NCBI GenBank assembly: GCA_951406725.2 | Contig: OX597816.1 | Location: 21,142,001 to 21,206,000, forward strand | Direction: 5' to 3' | Length of the DNA: 64,000 nt | DNA from: Octopus vulgaris | Lineage: Eukaryota | Made by a program: the position numbers and the translations under genes | Shown here: one piece after another, positions 25,005 to 37,695 of the stretch | Numbering within the stretch: position 1 is the stretch's first letter | Layout of the letters: each line of letters opens with the position of its first letter | The notes under the pieces: model-generated | The model's database searches: none | Told to the model about the DNA's origin: nothing | What the model saw: the letters and a program-made list of their open reading frames with translations, nothing else

Positions 25005-25150
25005 CAGCACAGCTCCCATGAATTTCGTGAACATTTTTTTCATGCTAACAGTTGCTGAAGCATGGAACAAACTGCCGGCATCAGTTGTTAGCTGTCGGAG
25101 CACTGCATCCTTCAAAACTTCCTTGCTTCCTGAGATTCACCAATACTACA
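25005..25150 (+). mobile_element. CR1-like LINE 3' end fragment
   Basis: FFMLTVAEAWNKLPASVVSCRSTASFK resembles the CR1 ORF2 C-terminal WNxLP motif. Confidence 0.65.
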
Positions 25151-25306
25151 CCGTTCCATGCTAGCATGGGTTGGACTTATGAGTGAGGGCTGGCGAACCA
25201 GATGGCTGCACCAGGCTTCAATCTTGATCTGGCAGAGTTTCTACTGTTGGATGCCCTTCCTAACACCAACCAGCTGTAGAAACTCTGACAGATCAAGATT
25301 GAAGCC

Positions 25307-25315
25307 TATTATTAC

Positions 25316-25402
<87 letters not shown>

Positions 25403-25420
25403 CATTATTATTATTATTAT
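25307..25420. repeat. (TAT)n microsatellite
   Basis: Directly visible. Confidence 0.95.
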
Positions 25421-26260
25421 AAAACAAAATGTTATTCACAATAAATTGCTCAATTCATGGATATGGATAAAAACTTACCCCTATGACAAACCGCATTGTT
25501 ATCAAACCTGAAACTATGTAGCTGCAAAGAAAAAATTCTTTACCATACAGCCATACCTGCATGCAGTATGTGCATATCTTGATATACATATTTACTTGTG
25601 TCAACATGCATATACATGCATGAATTTATCTCGTGCTCTCTCTCCATAACAAAGAAAATATTAGTCAGATGACAGTTCTGTGGTTGTCTGTCAAAAAAGA
25701 CCACAACTGTCAAATGTATGTCAGGGCCCTGACTACCACACTGATATAAATGTAAAACGAATATTGATCATGCGTGCCGTGTATTGATTATGCTGTCATA
25801 CATGTCCTTGAAGTTGAATTTTCTATCAAAGTTATTTAAATTATGAACGGTAGATTATGGATTTCATAGAACCATATAGCGATCAGGTAGCAAAATAATA
25901 AGATGCTTAGAAGTGTTGTTAGTAACAATGACAAAAGCATGTGAGGAGTACAAAGCAACCGTGAAGAATCTCCATCGTAGTAGAACGATTATTTGTTGAA
26001 GAAGATTGCAAAGCATTGGTTAGGAACCAAAGGAAAAATCTAGAATGAAGACAACAATTTTTTATGGAAAAGTAATTGACACAACCAAGAAAATTATTTG
26101 AGATATCTTTTTCTTCTTCTAGTTAATTTTGTAACTTTCTGCAAATTAAGAATTAAGAAATATATATTCTGAGTTCTATATTTACAATGACAGAGGAAAG
26201 ATAAAGATGAGAGAACATTGTGAAGTATACCAAGAGCTAAAAAGCATAAAAAACAAAACG

Positions 26261-26654
26261 AAGCACAGGAGTGGCTGTGTGGTAAGTAGCTTGCTTACCA
26301 ACCACATGGTTCCGGGTTTAGTCCCACTGCGTGGCACCTTGGGCAAGTGTCTTCTGCTATAGCCCCGGGCCGACCAATGCCTTGTGAGTGGATTTCGTAG
26401 ACGGAAACTGAAAGAAGCCTGTCGTATATATGTATATATATATATGTATGTGTGTGTGTTTGTCCCCCTAGCATTGCTTGACAACCGAGGCTGGTGTGTT
26501 TACGTCCCCGTCACTTAGCGGTTCGGCAATAAGAGACTGATAGAATAAGTACTGGGCTTACAAAGAATAAGTCCCGGGGTCGATTTGCTCGACTAAAGGC
26601 GGTGCTCCAGCATGGCCGCAGTCAAATGACTGAAACAAGTAAAAGAGAGAGAGT
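26261..26654 (+). mobile_element. SINE family A, full length
   Basis: Matches the family along its length. Confidence 0.92.
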
Positions 26655-27286
26655 AAGCTTAAATGTGTTTGCAGGTGGAGGTGGAAATAGTTAGGGCGTC
26701 TTCAGGTCATGGTTACCTAAGCGGATATGTTGTTATGGTTTTAGGAGAAGCAAAACGGAACAGATATGCACACATGCAATAAGGATTTATGTACACACAT
26801 AGATACATACAGACATACACTCATACGGAAACATACAAGCATATATAAATATATACATACACACACAAAAAACATGGGTGTATGTATATAATCATATACA
26901 TTCCTATATATGCATGCCACTGGATACATGCATAGCAACAACTCAGTAATTAAGAAAATTTATATATATATATATATATATATAAAGATTTTATTGGTGT
27001 TTCATAATTTCATTCTAAGTTCCACAGCTGTAGAACTGAGAATAAAATTATGAAATATCAATGAACTCTTTTCGTTTTTTCTTTTATTGTAAATATTTTG
27101 CTCTGAACATTTGTCCTAGTCAATTTATTTATATGCAAAAACACATTCCGTCTATGATTATTGCATTGAAGTATTAATAGACGAAAGTTTAATGACTTGT
27201 TAAAAATTGAGTTCTTAAATTCATGGGATATAGTTTCATAGTGTTTAAGCACTAATTCGATCCCTCTCTCACTCTCTCTCTAAAAA

Positions 27287-27335
<49 letters not shown>

Positions 27336-27509
27336 ACATAAGGATAAGATCGTTAATTTAAATTAAATAACGATCTTATCAAGTGGCCAGCATGGGAATA
27401 AAAACCTTCAAAGGTAATAATTATTATTAAAATTATAATTTAGGGTATCTTTTAGATACCCTAAATTATAATTTTAATTTATATATATATATATATATAT
27501 ATCCAACCC

Positions 27510-27545
<36 letters not shown>

Positions 27546-28221
27546 TAAATTAGAGACAAAACCACTATTATGCAAATCAAACAATGAAAGACTTAAGCCA
27601 ATACATGAATATATATATATATATATATTTGTGTGTGTGTGTATATATACATCACAGGCTTCTTTCAGTTTCCATCTATCAAATCCACTCACAAGGCTTT
27701 AGTCAGCCTGAGGCTATAGTAAAGACACTTGTACTTGGTGCTACATAGTGGGACTGAACCTGAAGCCATGTGATTAGGAAGCAAGCTTCTTACCATAAAG
27801 CCACTCCTGCTCCTATTTAATATTAACATCATCATTGCTATTGTTGTCCCATTTTCCATGCTGGCATGGGTTGGAGGGTTTCTTTCTGTGCTGGCAAGCT
27901 TGAAAGTTGCACCTGGCTCCAATCTGATTTAGCAAGGTGTCTACAACTGAATGCTCTTACTTTACACAGAGTTTGCTGGGTGCTTTTACATGTCATCTCA
28001 CGAGCACCCCGATGTGGCACTGGAACATATGCTTTTCACATAACACCAGTACAAGTGTCTTGCATTCCAACCATCTTCACCAGGGGGAGTGGCCTAATCG
28101 CTTCTGCTCTGTGGCATGGGTCTTCTTGTGTACAGTAAGGCACCAGGCATCTTGGTCCTCTATCATCTCGTCTAAAAGGTTCAGCATCATGAGGTCGTTC
28201 TTCAGCACTTCATCTTTTGTC

Positions 28222-28826
28222 TTATTTCTTTACTGCCCACAAGGAGCTACACACAGAAGGGACAAACAAGGCCATACAAATGGATTGAGTCTATTATATT
28301 GACCCCAGTGCATAACTGGTACTTATTTAATAGACCCCGAAAGGATGAAAGGCAAAGTTGACCTCGGCGGAATTTGAACTCAGAACATAGCGACAGACGA
28401 AATACTTATTTCTATTTCTTTACTACCCACAAAGGGGATAAACACAGAAGGGACAAACAAGGACAGACAAACGGATTGAGTTGATTATATCGATCCCAGT
28501 GCGTAACTGGTACTTATTTAATCGACCCCGAAAAGATGAAAGGCAAAGTCAACCACGGCAGAATCTGAACTCAGAACGTAGCGGCAGACGAAACACCTAT
28601 TTTTTACTGCCCACAAGGGCTAAACACAGAGAGGACAAACAAGGACAGACAAACGGATTGAGTCGATTATATCGATTCCAGTGCATAACTGGTACTTATT
28701 TAATCGACCCCGAAAGGATGAAAGGCAAAGTCAACCTCAGCGGAATTTGAACTCAGAACGTAATGGCATACGAAATACCGCTAAGTATTTTGCCCGGCGT
28801 GCTAACATTTCTGCCAGCTTGCCGCT
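28222..28826 (-). mobile_element. SINE family B trimer (one head, three bodies)
   Basis: Three ~190-bp bodies; head only at ~28780-28826. Confidence 0.88.
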
Positions 28827-29257
28827 TTTGTGTTCTTGGATCTTCATCCTTTGTCTTCTTGGGTCTCCCCTCTTCCACGTGTTCCAGCTTCTTTGTATCC
28901 CATTTCTACCTGTTCCTTGACTTACCTGTCATAGCTGACAGATGAGTGTACTGAAATTTCTTATTGAATAATCTTCTCAGATGATTTGTTGGTAATTAAT
29001 CAAATGTTTGTGCAGTTCATTAGTATTCTTCTTCTATCAAATTAATGTCTTGACAGATGAATAGTATGCTACACATCAGAAGTCGAAGTGATCGTACTAT
29101 AACATAAGATGAAGAATTTTGCTTAAGAATGCAACTCATTGCCCGGTCTGGGATTTGAAACTCCAATCTCATAATTATGAATGCAACACTCTAAGCACTA
29201 GGGCCACATGCTCTCTCTCTCTCAATTTATTTATCTATCTATCTATTTATCTATCTT

Positions 29258-29488
29258 ATTTCTTTATAACCCACAAGGGGCTAAATATTGAGGGGACAAA
29301 CAAGGACAGACAATGGGATTGAGTCGATTACATCGACCCCAGTGCTTACCTGGTACACAATTTATCAACCCCGAAAGGATGAAAGGCAAAGTCGACCTCA
29401 GCAGAATTTGAATTCAGAATGTACCGGCAGACAAAATACTGGTAAGCATTTCGCTCAGTGTGCTAACGTTTCTGCCAGCTCGCCACCG
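29258..29488 (-). mobile_element. SINE family B
   Basis: Matches the family. Confidence 0.82.
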
Positions 29489-29593
<105 letters not shown>

Positions 29594-29671
29594 TTTCTTT
29601 ACTTGTTTTACAGGCCGACCAAAGCCTTGTGAGTGGATTTGGCAGACGGAAACTGCAAAAAACCTATCGTA

Positions 29672-29736
<65 letters not shown>

Positions 29737-29969
29737 GTGTGTATATGTTTGTGTCTGTGTTTGTCCCCCCCCCAACATCACTTGACAACCGATGCTTGTG
29801 TGTTTACGTCCCCGTAACTTAACGGTTCGGCAAAAGAGAGCAAAGAGTAACCGCTGGTTTAAGTGATACCAAGTAATATGAGTGTTCTGATGGCGCAGAA
29901 GCAGAAGATATGAAGGAAAAAGATGAAATTTTTTTAAAGAGACAGAAACCAACAGAAGATGACAAAGAA

Positions 29970-30556
29970 GGCAGCGAGCTGGCCGAAGCGTTAGCACACC
30001 GGTCGAAATGCTTAGTGGTATTTCATCTGCGGTTACGTTCTGAGTTCAAATTCCGCCGAGATCGACTTTGCCTTTCAACCTTTCGGGGTCGATTAAATAA
30101 GTACCAGTTACACACTGGAGTCGATGTAATCGACTTAATCCGTTTTTCTGTCCTTGTTTGTCCTCTCTGTGGGTAGTAAAGAAATAGGTATTTCGTCTGC
30201 GGTTACGTTCTGAGTTCAAATACCGCCGAGGTCGACTTTGCCTTTCATCCTTTCGGGGTCGATTAAATAAGTACCAGTTACGCACTGGGGTCAATATAAT
30301 CGACTTAATCCGTTTTTCTGTCCTTGTTTGTCCTCTCTGTGTTTAGCCCCTTGTGGGTAGTAAAGAAATAGGTATTTCGTCTGTGGCTACGTTTTGAGTT
30401 CAAATTCTGCTGAGGTCGACTTTGCCTTTCATCCTTTTGGGGTCGATTAAATAAGTAACAGTTACACACTGGGGTCGATGTAATCGACTTAATCCGTTTT
30501 TCTGTCCTTGTTTGTCCTCTCTATGTGTAACCGCTTGTGGGCAGTAAAGAAATAAG
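29970..30556 (+). mobile_element. SINE family B trimer (one head, three bodies)
   Basis: Head GGCAGCGAGCTGGCCGAAGCGTTAGC; bodies restart at GGTATTTCGTCTG at ~30187 and ~30371. Confidence 0.9.
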
Positions 30557-31580
30557 AAGACGACAAAGATCTGCAACAAATGGTAAGATGTGTTAGGGAA
30601 AATCTGACCATGTCATGCAAGCATGCAAAAGGGAACATAAATTGACAATGAGGTTAATATAATATTTCATTAATAATTAGAACATTGAGTAAAACGATTA
30701 AAATTAACAATATAGTACACAATGAACATTGTATATTGCAGTAGCGTGACTTTAATGCTATTCTTTAGTTGAAATCTATATATATTATCTTTTGACTAAA
30801 TGAACTTTTACCTTGAAGAAAATCTTCAGTTGTTGTAAACATGTAAATATGCCCAAAGAATTCAATACAGAGAAAACAAACAATTCCATACCAAATATAG
30901 CAACAATAGTCAATATGACATTTAATATTCTGGAATTATTATCATAAATACTTGTAGAAATTTGCAGCCACATTAATTTAGAAAATGAAAATAGTTTATT
31001 TATGTTGGAAGTGCATGACTGATATCACCAAGATACAAGTTCTGTATATAAGGAACTATTTTATGTACTCTGTCTACTTAATTGATATTTATGCATGTCT
31101 GTCATTGTTCAGTTTATTTCAAGATTTCTTGCCAATAGAGAAAGAGCTGGTTTCTAACCTAGATCCAAATCTACTTCACAGGAATTTCAACATCAACAAC
31201 AGAGTATTTTTATTTGTATGTATTTATTCTTGTTGTCTTATTAAGCAGCAGAAATGACTAGGAAGAATGGAATCCCAGTTTCTTCACTCCTGCCCCTTCT
31301 TACGCCACTTCTTATGCTGGTTCCTGCCACCCAGTCGCAGTGAGATTTACTAGTTAACTCATAGCTGGGACCTTTACAGGTGCTGCCACTCTGGGGTAGA
31401 GTAGGTCTGGGAATGATAGTGGCTAAGAGGTGATTCCACACTCAGCAAACCCTAAAACCAGGGCCGAAGGGTGCCCACCACTGGATGTAGTTTAGAGTCA
31501 TACCCAGGACAATGTAAGTGCCCTAGTCCATTCTTCTCGTCTGCAACCAGAAACGGTTAAAAGAAAGCAAAAAAAAAAAC

Positions 31581-31769
31581 AGGCACAGAAGTGGCTGTGT
31601 GGTAAGTAGCTTGCTTACCAACCACATGGTTCTGGGTTCATTCCCACCGCGTGGCACCTTGGGCAAGTGTCTTCTACTATAGCCTCGGGCTGACCAAAGA
31701 CTTGTGAGTAGATTTGGTAGACGGAAACAGAAAAAAGCCCGTTGCATATATATATATATAGATATATAT
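31581..31769 (+). mobile_element. SINE family A, 5' half (split by the hAT)
   Basis: Resumes at 34240. Confidence 0.9.
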
Positions 31770-31943
31770 CAGTGGCGTGTGTTGACTTCCGGGGTTGGGC
31801 ATGCAATGAATTTCTTTGTCCCCCCCACCCCCACCCCAGCAACTTTTCAGTAAAAAAATTTTCGAATTCCTACGATTTACATATGGGAGATTCTGAATAT
31901 GCAATCACCCCCGTATGACCTAGAATAAAAATAACGTCGCCCT

Positions 31944-32203
31944 GGTACTATTTAAGAAGAGTGGTCCCGTTGCGCGCGCTCGCACATCCACGCTGGCTAG
32001 TCGTGACTAGTCGATCCTATGACTATCTAGCAAAGTAAATAAATTTTTTAAACAAAATATATAAAACACAAAATCACAAAGTAAATAATGTTTTAAACAA
32101 AGTAAATAAAACACAAAAACACAAAGTAAGGATCGACTAGTCACGACTAGCTGGCGTGGATGCTCGGGTGCGCGCACCGGGACCACTCTTCTTAAATAGT
32201 ACC
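31944..32203. mobile_element. MITE-like element with ~75-bp TIRs inside the hAT
   Basis: GGTACTATTTAAGAAGAGTGGTCCCG...GTCGATCCT mirrored at 32130-32203. Confidence 0.82.
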
Positions 32204-32323
32204 CATGATTTTTAAATAGTTTGCAATACTCATCAAATTTGTTAAAATTCGAAAGTTCCATGAATTTAAACTCTTCTAAGAATGAATATCGTGCTTTTAT
32301 TTGGTCAACTATTGTACTGATAA

Positions 32324-32706
32324 TCTCTCTATATATAAACGGCAGTTTGTCTGTGTGTGTTTCTGTGTGTCTGTTTGCTTGTACCCTCACCCTGACCACG
32401 GCTTTCAACCGATTCTGATGAAACTTGACACACACATAGCCCAATGTCATAATTCAAAACTAACGCAGCGAAAATTTTGAAAAGTTCCCCCAGTTCTGAA
32501 AAAAATCGATAAATTCGACATGGGGTCGAGAATCAGAAACACAAACCGCAAACTGTCTAGGGGACGCAACTCCACCTTTTTTACTCTCAAAAAAAATTTA
32601 CCATCATTTTTTTCCATCTTTTTGCTATTTTTTGGCTATAACTCTCTAAAAATGCTTTATAGTTATTTCCCTTACAAACCTGAGCAACGCCGGGCGATAC
32701 TGCTAG
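32324..32706 (+). mobile_element. Non-autonomous Helitron-like element inside the hAT
   Basis: A|TC 5' end, 3' hairpin CCTGAGCAACGCCGGG and CTAG|T; no TSD. Confidence 0.85.
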
Positions 32707-34239
32707 TTTTGTTATAAAGCATTTTATAATGTCGTTGGGGCTCAATAGATATATTCTTGGATTTCTGAATTCCGATTCCTCCATATTTTTCCCCTAACAT
32801 ATGAAAGATTGAAAAATTATCAAGTTTGTTTTCGAGTACAGTTCTAGTTTTATCTATTTGCTCTTTACAATACACTGTCATGACTTTTACTCTGGAGGAT
32901 GTTAAATAAGACGTCAGTAAAAGAAAAAAATCTCACTGAATACTTCTAACAAAAATCAGAAATCAGGAGCTTTTAAAATGTGTAAGAATCCAATTGCTGA
33001 ATTTATGGTGGCATCATCCCATGCTTCAGGATTTTCAATGATGTGCTCAAAAAGGTTGATTATGAAATTATAATTTTCCTTTGTGGTAATAATAAGCCGT
33101 AAGGAGTAATTCCATTGCTGTTGCCTTCGGAAATCTTTTTTTTAACAATGTATATAATGCATTAGCCCTTTTCGGTGATTTCGTAAAAAATGTACTCAGT
33201 CCGTTTATTGTACAAAAAAAAATATCTTGCATTCTTTCATAGCAGAGCATGATTGTAAAAGAACTAAATTTAGGATATGGGCACAACAATGAATAAAGAT
33301 CGCACATTCATATTTCTTTCTTACTTTTGCCTGTAACCCATTTAATTGTCCTGCCATTGTAGTGGCACCGTTATAGGTTTGTGCAATCAAGTTGTTTTCA
33401 CATTTCCACAATTCAATGCATTTAAAAACATGTTCAAATAAATCATTTGCAGATCGATCTGCACTAACATCACTAAAACCGATAAATCGTTCTTTCGTCA
33501 CACAGTCTTCTGTAACATAACGTAAAACTGTTTACAGTTGTGAAGATGCTGAGGCATCAGATGTCTCATCAACAAAAATAGAAACAAACTTAGCTTGCTC
33601 GATTTCCTTTTGCATCTCATTCAACATAACTTTATGAATTGCATCGATCAAGTCATTTTGAATTCTGTTTGACAGACCGGTGAAGATAGAAGCTATATCG
33701 AGATGACTTTCCATTTTTTGTCATATTTACTGATTACATATACGAGTTCTTTCTAATTTCCACTATTATTAGAGCCTTCAGATTCAAAATGACCCCGAAA
33801 CGATAATTCCTGGAAGCCTAAAAAAATAAGAACATCAATCAATCGTTGCAGAATGGATCTGTTTCGTCTGACTTTCTCATTATGATGTTGTATGCTTTGA
33901 TTTTTACATGCATCTGATTGTAAGTCTATGCGAACATTCTCGAATATTTTAAGATCTATCAAAGATTTTATATACCTTTGAGAACGCTTGTGCTTTAACA
34001 TAGCCATATGTAAATTATTTAATTCATCATAGCCTTGTGGGTATCATGCGGTCATCTCAAATCATGACTTCTCAAAGCAGAAGTACGAGTCACTGAGAGA
34101 GGAGAAGGGGAGACAAAATACAACTGGACGGATTTTCTTTGAAACAAAGTAACTATTTTATCTAATTTTCCGATGATATGGATAAAAAATCACAGGGCAT
34201 GCAATGCATACCTTGCATACCTGAGAGTGCACGCGCCTG

Positions 34240-34483
34240 ATATATATATGTATGTATGTGTGTGTATATGTTTGTGTGTCTTTGTCCCCCAACATCACTT
34301 GACAACCAATGCTGGTGTGTTTACGTCCACGTAACTTGGCGGTTCGGCAAAAGAGACTGATAGAATAAGTACTAGGCTTACAAAGAATAAGTCCTGGGGG
34401 TCGATTTGCTCGACTAAAGGCAGTGCTCCAGCCTAGTCGCAGTCAAGTGACTGAAACAATTAAAAGAGTAAAAGAGTGAAAGA
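34240..34483 (+). mobile_element. SINE family A, 3' half
   Basis: Continues the SINE from 31581-31769. Confidence 0.9.
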
Positions 34484-35452
34484 GTTGAAAAATGGTATCA
34501 AGAAGGAACTGAAACCAAGTTGTGGACTTTGTTGGCTTTCAATCAATCGCTTTCCATTTTGTTCCCCTATAACGATGATGATGATGATCATGATGATGAT
34601 GACAACAGAAATTATTAGACATATAGGAAGATAGACGAGGTGGGAGCATGGATTAACTGCAAATAAAATAATGGCTTACATCAACATCAACAACATCAAC
34701 ATCAACAACAACAACAGCAACATGGGTTCAAACATTGCGAAAGGAGGAGGATGGAAAGCAGAGATGCTGTAAATGAAAACTCCAAAAAAAAAAGAAAAAA
34801 ATCGGAAAAAAAGAAGCAAAACAACTAAAGTACTAAATGAAATGGAATAAAACAGACTAGAGTAATCTAGAAAATGAAGCAAGCATCAGCTACTGACAGT
34901 TTAAATCCATTATCAAAGTAGGAGGTCAGTAGCATCATGTTTTCATTCTATCTGTTTCTTATTTTGTTTTGTTATTATTATATTTTTTTTCTGATATGTT
35001 TTCCATTGTTATTCTTTCTTTTTTTTTTTTTTTTGCTTTCCATTTGTTGGTATTTAGTAGTTTGGTAGGCAGTTTATTCTGTAGGTCGTACTTCTAAGTT
35101 TATTGTATTCCCCCTTTTTTTTTTGCTGTATTTATTATTATATTCTATGGAGAAAAAATGTTGTCATTAATTTATGTACTAAATTTCGGTGGGTTTTAAA
35201 AACAAATTAAAGAAATAATAAATAATTTGCATAGCATAATAGATTTCTAATTGGTAACATTGATTTTACTGCGGTGTTAGTTTTCCAGTCTATTAACCTC
35301 TAACTTTATGTTAGTATCAACACTACTAAATTTTGATTGGAATGTATCCCCCGGTGAGCTTTAATGAACGATATTCCTGAAATGCTAGAAATAGCAACTA
35401 AATCTCACCCAAATTCACAACCTAATACCTCAGGAAAATTTCCTTGATGTAA

Positions 35453-35621
35453 GTGGTAAGTAGCTTGTTTACCAACCACATGGTTCCGGGTTCAGCCCCA
35501 CTGCGTGGAACCTTGAGCAAGTGTCTTCTACTAGAGCCTCGGGTCGACCAAAGCCTTGTGAGTGGATTTCGTCGACGGAAACTGAAAGAAGCCCATCGTA
35601 TATATGTATATATATATATGT

Positions 35622-35665
<44 letters not shown>

Positions 35666-35850
35666 TCGTGTGTCTGTGTTTGTCCCCCCTCCTCAACATC
35701 GCTTGACAACTGATGCTGGTGTGTTTAAGTTGCCGTAACTTAGCAGTTCGGCAAAAGCGGCTGATAGAATAAGTAATAGGCTTACAAAGAATAAGTTCTG
35801 GGGTCGATTTGCTCCAGCATGGCCACAGTCAAATTACTGAAACAAGTAAA
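35453..35850 (+). mobile_element. SINE family A
   Basis: Matches the family, slightly 5' truncated. Confidence 0.88.
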
Positions 35851-36716
35851 ACATAAATATAATGTGGTTCTGCTTTTTCTGTATGTAGAAACATAAGACA
35901 GGATGGCCATGGCTGGAATGCTTGTGTTAATTAATCAAAGTTGATTTGGAGGGAGTGGGGTAAAGCAGCATCATATATACTCGTCTCTTGTGGTTAAGAT
36001 AGAAGTCGGAATATTGTAGTCTTGTTATTAACAATTGATTTCAATATTCACCACATTTATATCAGTTTTTATTTTCCTTTTTTTTTTATTATCAATGGAC
36101 ACAAACAACAGACTATGGGAAAAGTTACTGCTTTGCAAGACACGGAACCATATAATCTACCAAATGCAATGGTGCACTAAACAATTTTGTTGCTATATTA
36201 ACTAAAATCCACAGAGATTTAGTCTCCTATTACCCTCTTAACATAAAATTCAAGCATATTTTTAATGTTTTGGCAACAGTCGTATGGCTTTTGATTTTTA
36301 TATTTTTCTAATTTTATAACTGTTTTTCTTTTATTGTGTTTGTTTTGGCTATTGCTTTTCATACGAAGAAAATTAGTTTTTCAGTATTTAAATTTATTTT
36401 TATTGAATATTTTCTTATGTGATCAGAACTTTGGAAAAAATAAAGAAAAGAAAAAAAACCATTACAGCTATTTCCCAATTTAAAACCTACAGATGAAACA
36501 ATCAATTCGTTGATAATTGATGGCTTCTGCAGGAGTTCTGAGGATGGTATAAAACTGAGATGTAGAAAATATGTGTTATCCTTATGTGTTATCCTAAGGT
36601 CATTGACCTAATAAGAGCACTTGCAACAGACTGGTCATTGCTACAGGCATCAAAACTTAGACTGTGGTGCTAAAGCTTGATAAGGATTGACCAATATCTT
36701 CTTTTGTCTCTTTTAC

Positions 36717-36919
36717 ACTTTTACTTGTTTCAGTCATGTGACTGTGGCCATGCTGGAGCACCGCCTTTAGTCGAGCAAATCGACCCCAGGACTTATTCTT
36801 TGTAAGCCTAGTACTTATTCCATTGGTCTTTTTTGCCGAACCCCTAAGTTACGGGGACATAATAACATCAGCATTGGTTGTCAAGCGATGTTGGGGGAAC
36901 AAACACAGACAAACATATA

Positions 36920-37000
<81 letters not shown>
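36717..37000 (-). mobile_element. SINE family A, 3' half
   Basis: Tail and body up to the microsatellite. Confidence 0.85.
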
Positions 37001-37003
<3 letters not shown>

Positions 37004-37643
37004 GTATATTATTATATGACTGAATGCCACGCATCCGCTTCCAAGTAGATTTTATCTTATTAATTATGATGCGCACTCTATACGATCTTTTTACTCTTTC
37101 GTGTTTCTCTCTTTCTCTCTCTTATTCTTTTACCTCCTCTTCTCCCACTATTCTATCCTATTACTTTGTCTCTCTCTCTCCTTCACTCCTTCTCCCTTGC
37201 TCACGTGGTTTCCACGTGATCATCGGCCATCTTTCTTTCTTCTCCTAACTTGTGTTTCTTTCTCTACATTGTAGCTGGAACAAGGAAGACATGTTCTACT
37301 CTGTCTCCTCTCCAAGCTTGATTTACGCGTTCGCTACCTCGTAGCCCTTCCTTTTTTTTTCACTGTCCTGTTTGTGTTACCAATTTCGACCTTCTGCAAA
37401 ATCCCAAATTTCATTTTATTTGCTTTGCAGGAATAACTGTTTTATCGAAAGCATATATTGTTGTTAAATACTCGAAATACACGAGTATACAACAGCCAAC
37501 AACTGATGAAGGGTCGTTCTTTATGTTGTTTGTCTTGTTTTCCATTTGTGTCTTTCGTTGTTCGAAAAATTAGTTCATATTTCATGTACTCGTACTTCGT
37601 ATTTTTTTGTTGTACACATTTCATGACATCCTGTGCCCACATA

Positions 37644-37695
<52 letters not shown>

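Larger units (their letters stand above)
31770..34239 (-). mobile_element. Decayed hAT transposon (DUF4371/ZMYM-like transposase)
   Basis: Ends CAGTGGCGTG / CACGCGCCTG with 8-bp TSD ATATATAT; peptides LSFRGH.ES...N.GN, SNRIQNDLI, VDETSD.S...QL, ERFIGF, QTYNGATTMAG and IHCCAHILNL. Confidence 0.92.

Noticed and set aside
34667-34850. His/Gln-rich then Lys-rich frame resembling a transcription factor tail
   Set aside because: An in-frame TAA lies immediately upstream and there is no acceptor; explained by (CAA/CAT)n and A-runs.
37470-37520. GAAA...CTGATGA motif (similar at ~60560-60590)
   Set aside because: Could not close stem II with a downstream GAAA; not a supportable hammerhead.
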